A stretch of 64,000 bases of DNA from Podarcis melisellensis. Its lineage: Eukaryota. The stretch is taken from assembly GCA_964234715.1 (NCBI GenBank), contig OZ174275.1; one strand, written 5' to 3'. Shown piece by piece: positions 33,547 to 46,692 of this stretch (the first letter of the stretch is position 1; every line of letters starts with the position of its first letter). The position numbers were made by a program, and so were the translations under genes. Below the pieces are notes generated by a model that saw nothing but the letters and a program-made list of their open reading frames with translations, searched no databases and was not told the origin of the DNA.

Positions 33547-35686
33547 TTTTGGTATATTTTAATGTAAAGACATGTTTTGGTTGACACTATTCCTCAGTAT
33601 TGTATTACTATGTATATTTTCTTTTCTGTGGTTGACATGATCATGACTGTCAAAACAACAACAATAAGCGAAGTATGAGTAGTCAGGCACAACAATAAAA
33701 AGTTTTTTGTATTTATTTAGACGCACACTCTTTCTCATATACACATATAGTGATAAGAATTTGTTGTAAGTTGTATGGAAAGTGACTTTGAGAGTACCAT
33801 TATTTTTTATCCCACTCCTAAGGGAATCTCCATACATAAGCAGAATTCTACCCATGTATCACATGGCAAAATAGACAATGCAAGTATAAATTGGATCCAC
33901 TGGATTGTTTCCGATGTAATCATTATTAATACATTTATTGCCCACCCTTCACCATCAGGCCCATCCATATTCTGCTATAACCAATACTTCACAAATACTG
34001 TTATAAACTCAAAGAACTAGATTGAACCTATCAAACTTTAGCTTGAAAATGGTTTTTAAAAAATACTATTAATGGTTAACTTTGCTGACATTTTACACTG
34101 TTATTCATAGACAGGCAAATGATTCTATGAAATCTATCTGGATGCCTTGAACTTGCTAAGAGGCATACCAAAGTTTTAGAAACCATCCACATAATCCAAA
34201 AGCCTGAAGTTGGGAACATACAATTACATTCTAGTTTCCTTCATATGTTACACACATGCAAAAGGCATGTACAAAAGGTCCATGTGCTTACTAGCACTGC
34301 CTCAAAGCAGCATTCCTCCACTCCGTACTGTTGCCAAGCTGAGCATCATTTCCACAGTGGGCAGTCCTCCTTACAGGTGGAGGCTCTGTGGGTTCCAAAA
34401 TGCACTGGAGCCTCAACACCTAAAGAAGTATTCCCACTGCAGTGTGATCAACATGGTGATGGTAGGGGCAGGAGGAGCAACTCATGTTTGAGGTACAGCA
34501 AAATTCACAGCCCCACAACCCTTTTTCACCACACTCTCCCTTTACAGAGAAGGAACATGTGAAGAGGGCTTCTTGCTACTATAAAAGTATCTTGCTCATG
34601 CTTTCTGAGTTCTATAAAATGCAAAACCCGAAAGACATAATGTGCCCACATCTCTTTCTTAAAATACCACCCCAACCTCTGAGTGGTGTGAGATTCCAGG
34701 GGTCCAGGTGCTTATGCAGCGTTTGTGTTTCCTTTAGGATATATGGTTTATGTACACATATATACAACCTAAGCCTATGATGGAGGGGTTCAAAGCATTA
34801 CACTCCAAGAGGGCTCTGTTTCTCCCATTGCGGCTGCCTCCGATTTAGAAAGTCAGCCCACCTTGTTCTCTGATGCCGCCTCTCCAGTTTGCTGCTGCTT
34901 GCAAACAGCCACTATTCTTCCTCCCAGCTTACAACATTGCCAACTCCGATCCTGAAACTCCCTCCTACCCCCCCCCCCCAGCATTGTCTTCTGACTAATG
35001 ATATCAGAGCTCAGGGTGGAGCTGTCCCCATTTGTTGTCTGGCACAGTCTTTACTTTGCTGATAGCTTATATTCCTGTCTTTGTTTTCGGCTAGTGACCC
35101 ATATTTTGGGTGGTCACTTGAACACAGGGAGCTGAGTCTGATTTCCAGTTTAACTCTCCAACATTGATTCTAACACTTACAAAATCCAGGAATTGTAGAT
35201 GACTTGCACCCACAAAATCTGGCGCCCAAACTCCTAACAATACACAAAACCCTTCTTTCACACTTGGTGCTCTCCTTTCCTCACAAAGCTGCCAGGCAAG
35301 TGGTTTCTCACTACCTTTTTGTTTGCAAACAGCCACTGAATGGAACAGAGGACATTAAACAGTTTCACTATGAGAGTATGTTTCCCAATAGTGTTTGGGT
35401 GGTGAAACGGCTCTGTGAAAGCACTTATTTGTAGGTAAGGGTCTTTTTAAAATACTAGGCAAGCTTGCATGTGAAAATGTGTATATTATTCATACTAAAA
35501 TACTGAAAAAAATCATGAAGCATTTTTTAAAAAATGCAAATTGATGTTGAAATGTAAAGAACCGAAGACTGGGGGTAAAACCCAGAGAGAAACCAAAATG
35601 AACATATTCACTCATCCTGTTCACAAATTATCTGACCTATGGTGGCAAATCAATTAATGCCATGCCAGGTATTGTTTACAAATGGT

Positions 35687-36314
35687 CAGGGCCAGCACAA
35701 GACATTCTGTCATCTGAAGCAGACCTGCTGCCTTTGCACTGATAATCACTCTCATTTTCCTCCTTTTGCTTTTGCCACTGCACTAGTGGCAGCCGTGCAA
35801 GTGTGCTGAGGCTCTCTAAAGCCACCCACCTTGCAATCCCCTGCTCCGAGTGGAAGGACCCAAGGGAACATACAATCACTCCAGAGTAAGGCATCATGAG
35901 CAAGCTGAACAGAGCCTGGACCACTGTGGCTTTACCACAGCAGCACCAAATATTATTAAATTTGTAAGTGGAATAGACAAACTTCCAAGTTTAACAATTT
36001 ACTGCTGCTAATAAAGTATTTGCTACAGCAAAGTAGCAGTGACACAGGGGAGCTCCAAGGAAAAGTAGGCCAGAATTCCTCCCTCCCCTTGCTCTCCAGA
36101 GCAAGATATTCTGGTGTGTGCAGCATGGAGAGTCATATAGGAGGCACTGCCAAGTGTTTGACTGCTTTGCTGCAGCCGTAATGTGGCTATAGCACTCCCA
36201 GAACATTCAATGGCGGTGGGTGGGTGGCCAGGTGAGGCCATGCAAATCCATCTTCCTTCCCGTCCCTCAATCTGAGACAAGACCTCAGAGTGACTAATGG
36301 ACAGGCCAGTCTTG
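35687..36314. mobile_element. hAT-type non-autonomous element
   Basis: Starts CAGGGCCAGC, degenerate right end; 8-bp TSD CAAATGGT / CAAATGAT. Confidence 0.65.
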
Positions 36315-37802
36315 CAAATGATTACAGACCAGAATTTAGTATATGGCCCTGGTGATAAATACAAGAATGGATTCTATGGCTATGTCAATTTTAGGGATAT
36401 AAAAATGATTGTGTAGAAAAGCAATGCAATCACACCACTGTCACTAAGGAACATGTGGAGAGCTTTGGTTTCCTGGAGTCAACATTGAGCTATATCTATC
36501 TTCATTCTTCAAACCAAGCTCATACCCTTCTTTCTTCCAGCTGTCACAATAGATGGCAACTCCCGTTTCAAAATTATTCATAAATATTTCACTAAAGACC
36601 ATTTATGTTTTGCCTCAAGACAGTTTCTCGATTTGATTTATTGCCGGTGGCCTTTTCCCCAGCACTGTACTGTCATTTGGGTAGCAGACTACCAGCTTGT
36701 GAAAAGTGACACCCTTAAAATATCAAAGGCTCTTGGTCATGATAAGGACCAAACTGTTTTTTCTTCCCTTTGGCATACAAGGAGCCCTCAGTTCCCTTCC
36801 TCCATCTCTGGCAAACAGCCATGCCTCCTGCTCTTAACAAATAGCAATTGGCAGTAACTATTCTTCCCTTCAACTTCACCCCAAACTTCTTCCCTAATCC
36901 TTTTACCCCACCCCTAAAAGCTGCTCGAGCACCTTGAAGCAGTCCCTGAAGTCTAGGTAGCAATGCAGTATTACAGCTGCTAGAAGCTGTAACACATGTG
37001 CATTTGTTATTGCGTGTATTTAACTGATTAAATACAAAGGAGAATGTAATTAAGAGAGTAAGAAAGCTTTTAAAGCAAATCCAAAGTGTGCTCTTCAGAT
37101 GTGTTGTCAGACCACCTCCACGGTGGGAGAGACAAGCATAGTGGCAAATAAAATGTGGATGTCAAGCTTTCATTCTTCCTATTCCCTGCAACTCCTGCCC
37201 TTCCTCAGTTAGCTTCTTCCTTTTTTATTATCTAGGGAAACCAAATGCCTGAAACAAGAAGTTCATAGCACATCAGGTTCTCTTTGCAGGTTGTGTGTGC
37301 ATCTTCTTGCTCAGAAGCTGAAGGGTACAGGTGTCAACACCTTTGGCACGAGCTCAACGGGGAGAATATGCCAGCAATGTATATTATCTGTAATTTTTCC
37401 CTGCCTTTCAAATGTTTCAAAAGCATGGTGAGAACTGGAAAAATTCTCACAAAAACAAGGTGAGAGCTTGGGGGGGGGGACCCATCCAGTCTCAACACAG
37501 CCCATCAGTCATAGTGCCAGATGCCCTTCAGCAGGTGTATTGTGTCCCTAGGAAACTGAATATAACCCCGCAGTTGTATAAGTGGGTCACAAGATCCACA
37601 GGGATAGTATATATTGTCTACTCTGAGAACATTATCTTTTATGAGAAATTAAGTTCACAAAATTGATAATTGTCCTATTCAACTGTTTGCCTAACAACCA
37701 TTTTAAAGAAAAAGGCAAAAGCATGTTCTTTTTTTTTGTAATATAAAATGACAACTGTAGTAAGCAAAAATGCTAACACCAGAAGGCTGGAAACATTAAA
37801 AG

Positions 37803-38065
37803 CAGGGGTGCCCTCCAGATGTTTGAAACTAACTTCCACCTAGCTATTGGCCATCCTGGCTAAGACTGATGGCACTTATAACCAGCGCCAGCCCAAGACA
37901 TTATGGCACCTAAGGTCGACCCCAAAAAGGAGGGGTGAGGGAAGATCTGATGCCTTAATGGATTTTGATGCCTGAGGTGGTGGCCTCACCTTGCCTCAAG
38001 GGTTGGGGGCTGGCCCTGCTAATAATCCAATATATGTAGAGGGTACCATATAGGCTATCCCTTCC
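37803..38065. mobile_element. hAT MITE containing a nested hAT MITE (37883-38018)
   Basis: Outer caggggtgccctccagatg...; inner TIR cagcgccagccc / gggctggccctg with flanks CTTATAAC / CTAATAAT. Confidence 0.65.
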
Positions 38066-38527
38066 TTAAATAATGAAAATATAGAAGAACTACTCTAAAT
38101 GTTGCTTTAAATGTTGCTCATCTAGGTCCCTCAGCACTGGCCATACTGTAAGTGTTAACAAAGCCTGGCTACCTTTTCTTTCTGTCAAGGGCCATATTCT
38201 CAGGGGAAATCTGCTGGGGCTACATGTTGGCAGTGGGTGGAGCCAGTGCAGATGACAGGAAAATTCAGAAACAAGTGGTCTCTGGATTAAATGATCCAGA
38301 ATAAATACCAACCTGCTACTTCAGGTTAAATTCCCAATCCTACGTCGCTCTAATCAGAAGTAAAACCACTGGGCTTGATAGGTCTATAGGATTACCTTCC
38401 AATGAGTATACAGATGATTCATTTAATATTATTATTTTACTACAAGAGACCAATGAAGAAACTGTTTTGGATATGAAGTGTAATTCTTTCCTGACATAAG
38501 TTGTCACAACACACGGAGGGAGGGGGG

Positions 38528-38529
<2 letters not shown>

Positions 38530-38583
<54 letters not shown>
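38530..38583. repeat. (GA)n microsatellite
   Basis: Read directly. Confidence 0.97.
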
Positions 38584-38586
<3 letters not shown>

Positions 38587-39379
38587 GGGAGGGGGCAGGG
38601 AGAAGAAAAACATACCACACCTATTTATTTCTATCAAAAAAAATCAGTGCTCTCAAAAGTTCTGAAAGGACACAGAGGGAAAAACACTTTGAAAATCCAA
38701 AAAACTAAGGAGGATAGTGAGGAACTTTGATGGGATGGAATAAGGGAGCAGCTTCAAGAGGCATGTGGAGCTACATGTGATGAGGTGGGTGGGCTGCACG
38801 TGGCTCACACCCTATACATCCATGTGCCAAGCCACTCATATAATTTGCTGATATTTGAATACAATTGTTTAAAATATTCCTATTGAATTCATACCACACA
38901 ATGTCCCCATCCTATTTGACTAAAGTTTCAAATGCAGCGCTGTGTTCAAATGACCCACTTCTTACAAGCGTGAGGCTGGTTCCCAGAAGACTGCACTGTT
39001 TGAAGGGTCCCACTACAGAATGGACTTTCAGAAAGCTAGAGTTTTGCAGACTGACAAAGGCATAGTCTCAAGGTGACACATTCCCATGGGAATTTCATGT
39101 CACATAGAAAACTACTATAGAGTGGGGGGGGGGGGCTGGCTCATAAAAGTCTCATTTCCCAAGCATTCTCCTGTAATACGTTTTCAGCTGCTATAAGAAT
39201 ACATTCGCAGCATTGATTCTGACTGCTGGGCAAGCACAATCTCCCTTCCACCTTTCTTGCGACGATAATCTCATTTATTCAAAATTATCTAAAAGGGGAA
39301 ACGGGACAGCATATATAGGCAGCTGTTGGCATTCTCCAGGCTACTGCAAGCTAATTTCCTTAAAACTAGGACCTTTCCA

Positions 39380-39742
39380 GGACACAGGTGGCGCTGTGGG
39401 TTAAAGCCTCAGCGCCTAGGACTTGCTGATCGAAAGGTCGGCGGTTCGAATCCCTGCGGCGGGGTGCGCTCCCGCTGCTCAGTCCCAGCGCCTGCCAACC
39501 TAGCAGTTCGAAAGCACCTCCGGGTGCAAGTAGATAAATAGGGACCGCTTACCAGCGGGAAGGTAAACGGCGTTTCCGTGTGCAGCTCTGGCTCGCCAGA
39601 GCAGCAATGTCACACTGGCCATGTGACCCGGAAGTGTCTCCGGACAGCGCTGGCCCCTGGCCTCTTAAGTGAGATGGGCGCACAACCCCAGAGTCTGTCA
39701 AGACTGGCCCGTACGGGCAGGGGTACCTTTACCTTTACCTTT
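39380..39742 (+). mobile_element. Sauria SINE, full length
   Basis: Head ggtggcgctgtgggttaaa with B box ggttcgaatcc; body gtgcaagtagataaatagg; (ACCTTT)n tail; TSD TAGGACCTTTCCAG (39367-39380 / 39742-39755). Confidence 0.93.
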
Positions 39743-41938
39743 AGGACCTTTCCAGTTTTGCCTCTGCTGCAATCATGGAAATTGCTCTTGACTTTATCCA
39801 TGATGTGTTCTCCACATTAGGTGTGTCTGGGGAAGCCTAGGACTGCTTGCATTAATTAAAAATATATAGTATGGCAAACCAACCATTATTTATTTATTAT
39901 ATCTATGCTATGCCTCAAAACGTACATTCTCTGGGCATAGTACAAATAAAAAGTGAATAACAACTAACAATAAGCCATGCTACAACCAAAGCACAAAAAG
40001 TTTGAAAGCCAATCAGCACAAGAACCCAAACAGAAAACCACAATGAAATATTGCAGACAGCACAGAACTAAGGCTACATTCAGGCATGGGGTTTAAATGC
40101 ATCAGTTTTAGGGGTTATAATGCCAGCACTTTATAAAATTCCTTTTAAACTGCAGTACCTGTTGCATTATGGAACAGTAGGGTTTTTTTCTATTGATACA
40201 TCGCCATGTCAGGCTAAACTTTAAAGCCCAATTTTGGTCACATGAGCAGTGGTGGTGTGATCATGAAAACTATGAGAAAATTACAACAGAAAACTTTTGT
40301 GATTTTCTGAGTTTTAAATGGATTTTTCTGGAAGCAATTAACATGGAAATGAGTGCTAAATGTCCACTAGATTCCTAGAAGTGGCTTTTATGTCATGTGA
40401 AAATGAGAGAACAGCCATCAAATGCATACTTTCAAACCACCATCTATACCACAAGGACGTTTGACCATATCTTAAAAAGTCCTGGGAGAACAACGAAGTC
40501 TTAACATGGCACCAATGTGCCCACAACATGGGCAATAAGCAAGTTTCCTGGGGGACACCATAGCCGACAGGAGAGTGTCTGTAATACAGGCATGTACTTA
40601 CCCACTTCTGAATATTTTATCTCCACTACAAAGACATATTTGGGAGGGGGGAGATGTCAACATGTTCGTGCTGATAGAAGCCAACATAATTCTTTATCTT
40701 TCAACCTCTTGTAATGTTTAATGATATTTGAATCAGAGGTCAGACTCTAGGGTGACCTACTCCATCTTATTCTGTCAGGTACTGAACAATTAATTGCCTA
40801 GAAGTGTTGCCATATATAATAATGTCATGGAGGCAATTTACCCCTTCCTGCTACACTGTTAACTGCTTCCATCTAAACACAGCCCCTTTAAACATATCTC
40901 TCAAAATTGCTTCCAAAGATAATGCCAGAATATATAGGTTAACCTTTGTGGATTCCTAAAAATGGTAACCTGGCAGCAGAAGACCATGCAAAATGCAGAT
41001 TAAAATGAAATGAAGTGAGACATCCAAGGGAAGCATTCACTGAACAAGTCAATTAATGAATTGAACCTATCAAGCCAGATACATACTATTAATAACTGGA
41101 ATGGTGTTTGATCTTCATCAGTTTTATTCAGAATGCAATAAAAACATATGAGACTGGCAAGCATGAAAATAGCTACTTAGGCTCAATCAGGATTCAGCAG
41201 ATTTCATTTTTTTGAATTGTTGACCAGTGTTGGGGACCACAGGATCAAATAGGGCCAAAATTTGTCACTGGATGGGGATGATGCAATGTGATAATGTAGT
41301 GTTACTTTTACATGGGGAATTGAACAGGCAAAAGTTTGGGAAAGCTGAATGACAGGTTCCACTGACATCCCTCAGCCACTCAGCTCAAGAATATCAGTCA
41401 GCACATCATAAAGTGCTTTTGAAACACACCTCAGTTTCAAAACGGTATGTCATGAACCACAGGGGGAACAGTCATTCAGAGAAAACAGTTGTAAAACTTC
41501 ATTAGGCTTTCAGGACTAGTTCCATAGCTTTTTGGATACAGGCCAACATGCTCGGAGAATGGTCTAAAATACAGGCCAATTTCAACGCTCCAGAGGAAAG
41601 AACAGCAATCTATAAGCCATAAGGCTACATAATAGCTTTTCACATTCACATATTGCAAAATGTTTTTCAAATGTCAGTATATGTGGGGGAAAGATAGAAT
41701 ATCACATTAACATGAAGTATTTCAGAACAACAGTTCTAAAATATTTTCATCATAGGACTCATTAAGAGGTTTTAAATTTTAGTTCTGAGTTGGTTCTACC
41801 TTTCGTCCTATTCTAGAAAAGAAAGAAGTCCATAACTCATTGTAATCATGTTGACTGGGTTCACACATCACATTAGCTGATTTGAGTTACTGCTTTGTGT
41901 ACAGTATAAATTTCAATCAAGTATGTTTGTATGTAAAC

Positions 41939-42342
41939 CAGAGGTGGGAAACCTAAGGCCTGGGGGCAAATTGCATCACTTCAACCAGGTTTGTGTGACT
42001 GCTGGGACCTGTTGAGGCTGTGCCTCCATAGGCCACACTCTTCACATGCCCTGATCCATGCTCTCTCTGAGTACTTTTGCCGGACTGGAATATGATCATG
42101 TCTCTTTCTTCCCTGGCTGGAGAGTGGTATGTGTGTGCGTGTGCATGCACGTATATGAACACGTGTGTGTGGAAACCTCTGTCTTTTGTGTGACTGGAAT
42201 GTAGGCCATTGTGCCAAGATAAGAGTTACATACATTGCCCTACCCAACTTTTGCCTCTCATCTCACGCACCCCTTCCCAACTCCCAGAAGGTCACCCATG
42301 AGCAAATGCTGCCCTCAGGCTGAAAAAGATCCCCCACTCCTG
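41939..42342. mobile_element. hAT-type non-autonomous element
   Basis: Ends cagaggtggg / cccactcctg with subterminal ggcctgggggca / tgccctcaggct inverted. Confidence 0.6.
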
Positions 42343-43750
42343 CATTAAGCTGTAGTTGAAATAAAACAATGCAGCAACCAATACCTACTATGATGTCCAC
42401 AGATGGTCTCAGTAACCAATCCCTTTAAAAATCCACAATGCACAACAGACTTTTGGCTCTTTCTGATCTGTTCTTGTTGGCACTTGCCTGACCTCTCCTA
42501 CGCTGAAATAGTCCACATTTCATTGAATTCCAGCATTGGACACCCATCCTCCCTTCCTACTGCTGGGAAATAAACAATGGTCTGACTTGTAAAGTAGTCT
42601 AAATTAGGGCTCGTGTTGTATTTTCTCCTAAACAAAATATGGATGATAAAACAAGAACAAACTTGGGGGAAATTCCTTTGCCAAATCAGATCTCAAAAAC
42701 ACCAGAAAAAGAACGTTAAAAGTAGATCTATGCACATTCATATGCACATGTGACCCTTCTGAATGCAAACGTTTCCATTAAATTCAAAGAGTGAGACATT
42801 AATTAGCAAATAATATAAATACAATCATTTATCAGCAACCTCTCTGCTCAAAGGTCACATGCAATATTAGGGAAGCATCTAAAAATGGTGACATAAAAGT
42901 ACACTAAAAAATACCAAACAGCAAATCAAAACAGCAGCAATAACTATGAACAAAAATATCAAAAGTAGGAAAAACCGAATCTGAGTGAGGCATCTCCTTG
43001 TGGTCACTGCAGTTTCTATACTCAGATCAGATTACCAGATTGAATCCAATGTATTTTGCTGTGGAAGAACGTAGTGTTTCAGAGACTGAAACTCTAGTTA
43101 TTTTCAGAAAGATTGGCTCTTCTGGGTCAGAGTTTGGTTTACTTAATCTTCTCATGATGGGAATTAGATTTCCCTTGTGGTGACATCCACTGCCAGAAAT
43201 GGATGCATCAAATTTCGAGTGCCAAGGAATTAATGTACCAATCTGCATAATCAAATCCCTGAGATAAACAGCAGCATTTCTTTTTCAATATTACCAGGCT
43301 CTAGGTTATTGCAACTACTTTGTATATATGTAAATATACATATATATATACTTGTCCAAAATTCATGACACTGTAATTTTTAATAATAGTTTTATTGTTT
43401 GAACATAGTTATAGAAAATTTCCACTACATGAAATTGACTAAATCTGGAGTAATCATTTTTTCTTTTGATCTGTGAGGAATGTGTATGGGAGGGAGCTGA
43501 ACAGAAAAAAATGTATCTATATAAAACATGGAATGAGTTATGTACTGAAATTTTTCATGTCACACTTTTCAAAAAAGCAATTTAAATTATGTTTTAACTT
43601 CTTTGTTGTAGAATAACTAAATGATTTTGAGTTTTGCTCTGAAGCTGAAATGTGATAAAAATTAGTTATAAGAATAACTAATTTTCAAAAGTTTACTTCT
43701 GTGTCCATACACAGAAAACAGAGGAAGAAGAATGGAGGATGGAAGAATGG

Positions 43751-44340
43751 TACAGAGTGGTACATGCACTGGTTATCTTCTGTTTGGACTACTGCAATGC
43801 ACTCTATGTGGGGCTACCTTTGAAGGTGACTTGGAAACTACAATTAATCCAGAATGCGGCGGCTAGACTGGTGACTGGGAGCAGCCACTGTGACCATGGT
43901 AACAGCAGTCCTGAAAGATCTATATTGGCTCCCAGTACATTTCTGAGCACAATTCAAAGTGTTGGTACTGACCTTTAAAGCCCTAAACGGCCTTGGCCCT
44001 GTATACCTGAAGGAGCATCTCCACCCCATTGTTCAGCCTGGACACTGAGATCCAAGGGGCTCCTGGCAGGTCCCACACTATGAAAAGTGAAGTTACAAGG
44101 AACCAGGCAGAGGGCCTTCTCAGTAGTAGTGCCCACCCTGTGGAATGCCCTCCCATCAGATGTTAAGGTGATAAGTAATTATATAACATTTTGGAAACAT
44201 CTGAAGGCAGCCCTGTATAGCGAAGCTTTTTAGGGTTTAATGTTTTTCTATGTTTTTATATATGCTGGAAGCTGCCTAGAGTGGCTGGGGCAACCCAGTC
44301 AGATGGGCAGGGTACAAATAATAAGTAGTAGTAGTAGTTA
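43751..44340 (+). mobile_element. L2 LINE 3' fragment (end of ORF2 plus 3'UTR)
   Basis: Translates VVHALVIFCLDYCNALYVGLPLKVTWKLQLIQNAAARLVTG, a classic L2 ORF2 C-terminus; ends gatgggcagggtacaaataataa plus (TAG)n. Confidence 0.92.
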
Positions 44341-44448
44341 TATTGTTATGGGTTTGTGGGTACCCTGGCTCCTCCAGATTCCTGGTGCTGGGGTTTAATC
44401 AGTGCTTTGAGAATTAAGATGGGCCGACAGACATCCTCCTTTCTGTTT

Positions 44449-44449
<1 letters not shown>

Positions 44450-44483
<34 letters not shown>
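44450..44483. repeat. (CA)n microsatellite
   Basis: Read directly. Confidence 0.97.
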
Positions 44484-44487
<4 letters not shown>

Positions 44488-45959
44488 AAGGAAATGATTA
44501 AACAGTTGATTTCCAAATGGGTGCCAATGCCTAAATGAAAACATTTGTTCCTCTTCTTCTGGAGTGTTATCTACTGAAGTTCTCACCCTGGGCCAGCAGG
44601 GGGATACTGTAAATAGTTATGCAAATAAGGGATCAAAAGTGACGTTCAGTGATTGGATAGTTTTAGAAAATTGTTACAGTCACGTTGTACTGGAGCTCTA
44701 TATAAGCAGGCTGACTGAACCCTTCAGTTCAATTCTGTTCTGGCCTGCGAATAAACAAGAGCTTTTTGAAGAATCACTGTGTCGTCTGATATGTTCACCC
44801 ACAACTTAACATGGAGATGGCAGAGAGCGGTAGCAGTTAAAGTTTTCAAGGAACAAGTATTATAGGGCATTTTCATACCCTCACCTATTTTTAAAGTAGG
44901 CTCCAGGGGCAATTAAACAGCACTGCAACTGAAATATGTGTATGTCAGGGGCCACATCATTGTAACAGACACTAAAGACCAAATTGCTTTCACTAGAAGG
45001 AGTATACATGATTGGAGTGACTATCAGATAGGAAAGCTATATTGAACAATAAACCAACTTCTTTACCTGAACAATAGAACACTTTATTTTTTGCTCTCCC
45101 TCAACCTCAAATTGTCAAAACCAATTCAATTACATGCATATTGTACATCTATTGAACCATGAAGGCTGCAGAGAAGACACACTCAAGATCTCATCATACT
45201 TGCTCTAGTATCTATGACCTGCTATAATACTTACTGTACCTAATATGCCTCCCATATAACAAGCCTTAGTTTGAAAATTCCAAATTTTTTTGCTTTTAGA
45301 TTTCATTGTCATGACACTATATGGAAATTTCCAATGCACTTTTAAGTTTGCTGAGTTCTGTTTGTTTGAGAAGTACACTTAAATCTAAAGAGCCACATTG
45401 TATACATATTATATCTGTAAAAATATTCTGTTACTCACATACCATTATATTTATTTTTTAGTCAAAGGGTTGTTTTGATATCCAGATCCTTTTTAATTGT
45501 GGTTGTATTATATAGTCTCATCATAAAAAACTTTCTTCTATATAACTGCATCTCTCTAATTTACCTTTTATACTGAATATGCTCCATGTATGGTCCTGTA
45601 ATGGTTTACATGACTATGAGTTAGTGTGTACATATCTTTATGACAAATCAATAGGAAATGTAAGAAAAAAATGATGTAAGGTCTGCCAACCAAGTAAATA
45701 CTAAACTGTGTAAGAATATGCTTATAGAAGGAAAAGTTAAAATGTGGAAGGCAGGTAAACACAACTTTGGTTTGTTGTGATACAATAAATTAAGTTCTTT
45801 GGCATACTTGCATGGAACATCATTTCATATTTAATTTTTTATGGGATTTCATTTTCAGTACTAATTGGTTACTGAATAATGTAGTTTTTAGATATTTTAT
45901 TGATAGAATTATTGATAGAAGGGGAAAGGTCAAGTGCAACAACTTCAGCTTATGGACAG

Positions 45960-46138
45960 AGGCCATTGCTCAGTGGCTGAGCACCTGCTTTGCATGCAGA
46001 AGGTCCCAGGTTTAATTCATGGAACCTCCATTTAAAAGGGATCTGATGATGTTAAGGTCTTTCTGCCTTAGACCTGGATAGACAATACATGTTAGGTAGA
46101 TGCTGGATAAAAATCCTGATCTGGTAAAACACAGCTTT
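45960..46138 (+). mobile_element. tRNA-derived SINE (Squam3-like), diverged
   Basis: ggccattgctcagtggctgagcacctgctttgcatgcagaaggtcccaggttt; homologous to the head at 58305. Confidence 0.7.
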
Positions 46139-46450
46139 AGAATATTATTTAAAATTCTGCTGTGCATTTCCTTCTTGATCCCCTGTCTGAATTTGATTGT
46201 TTTACTACTTAGTAGATTCAACATTACATTAGTTTTACTTTATTTACTTTTGTTTTCATTTAGCATTACCCAGCTTCTAAAATATTTTATCCATTTTAAT
46301 CATTCTGTCTCATATATATTTAGATTGGGAGGCTGTGAGCAGAAACTATTAATTTATATTTCTGCAGAACACTCTATACATTTAATGTGGTGTTTTTTTT
46401 AGAAAAAATAAACAAATATAATGTCTGCTAGCTGATGGTATTACTACTTA

Positions 46451-46692
46451 CAGTGGTACCTCAGGTTACATACACTTCAGGTTTCATACGCTTCAGGTTA
46501 CAGACTCCGCTAACCCAGAAATATTGCTTCAGGTTAAGAATTTTGCTTCAGGATGAGAACAGAAATTGTGCTCCGGCGGCGCGGCAGCAGCAGGAGGCCC
46601 TATTAGCTAAAGTGGTGCTTTAGGTTAAGAACAGTTTCAGGTTAAGTACAGAGCTCCGGAACGAATTAAGTACTTAACCTGAGGTACCACTG
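46451..46692. mobile_element. Complete Tc1/mariner (Tigger-like) MITE
   Basis: 18-bp TIR CAGTGGTACCTCAGGTTA / TAACCTGAGGTACCACTG flanked by TA on both sides; internal cttcaggtt repeats. Confidence 0.9.
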
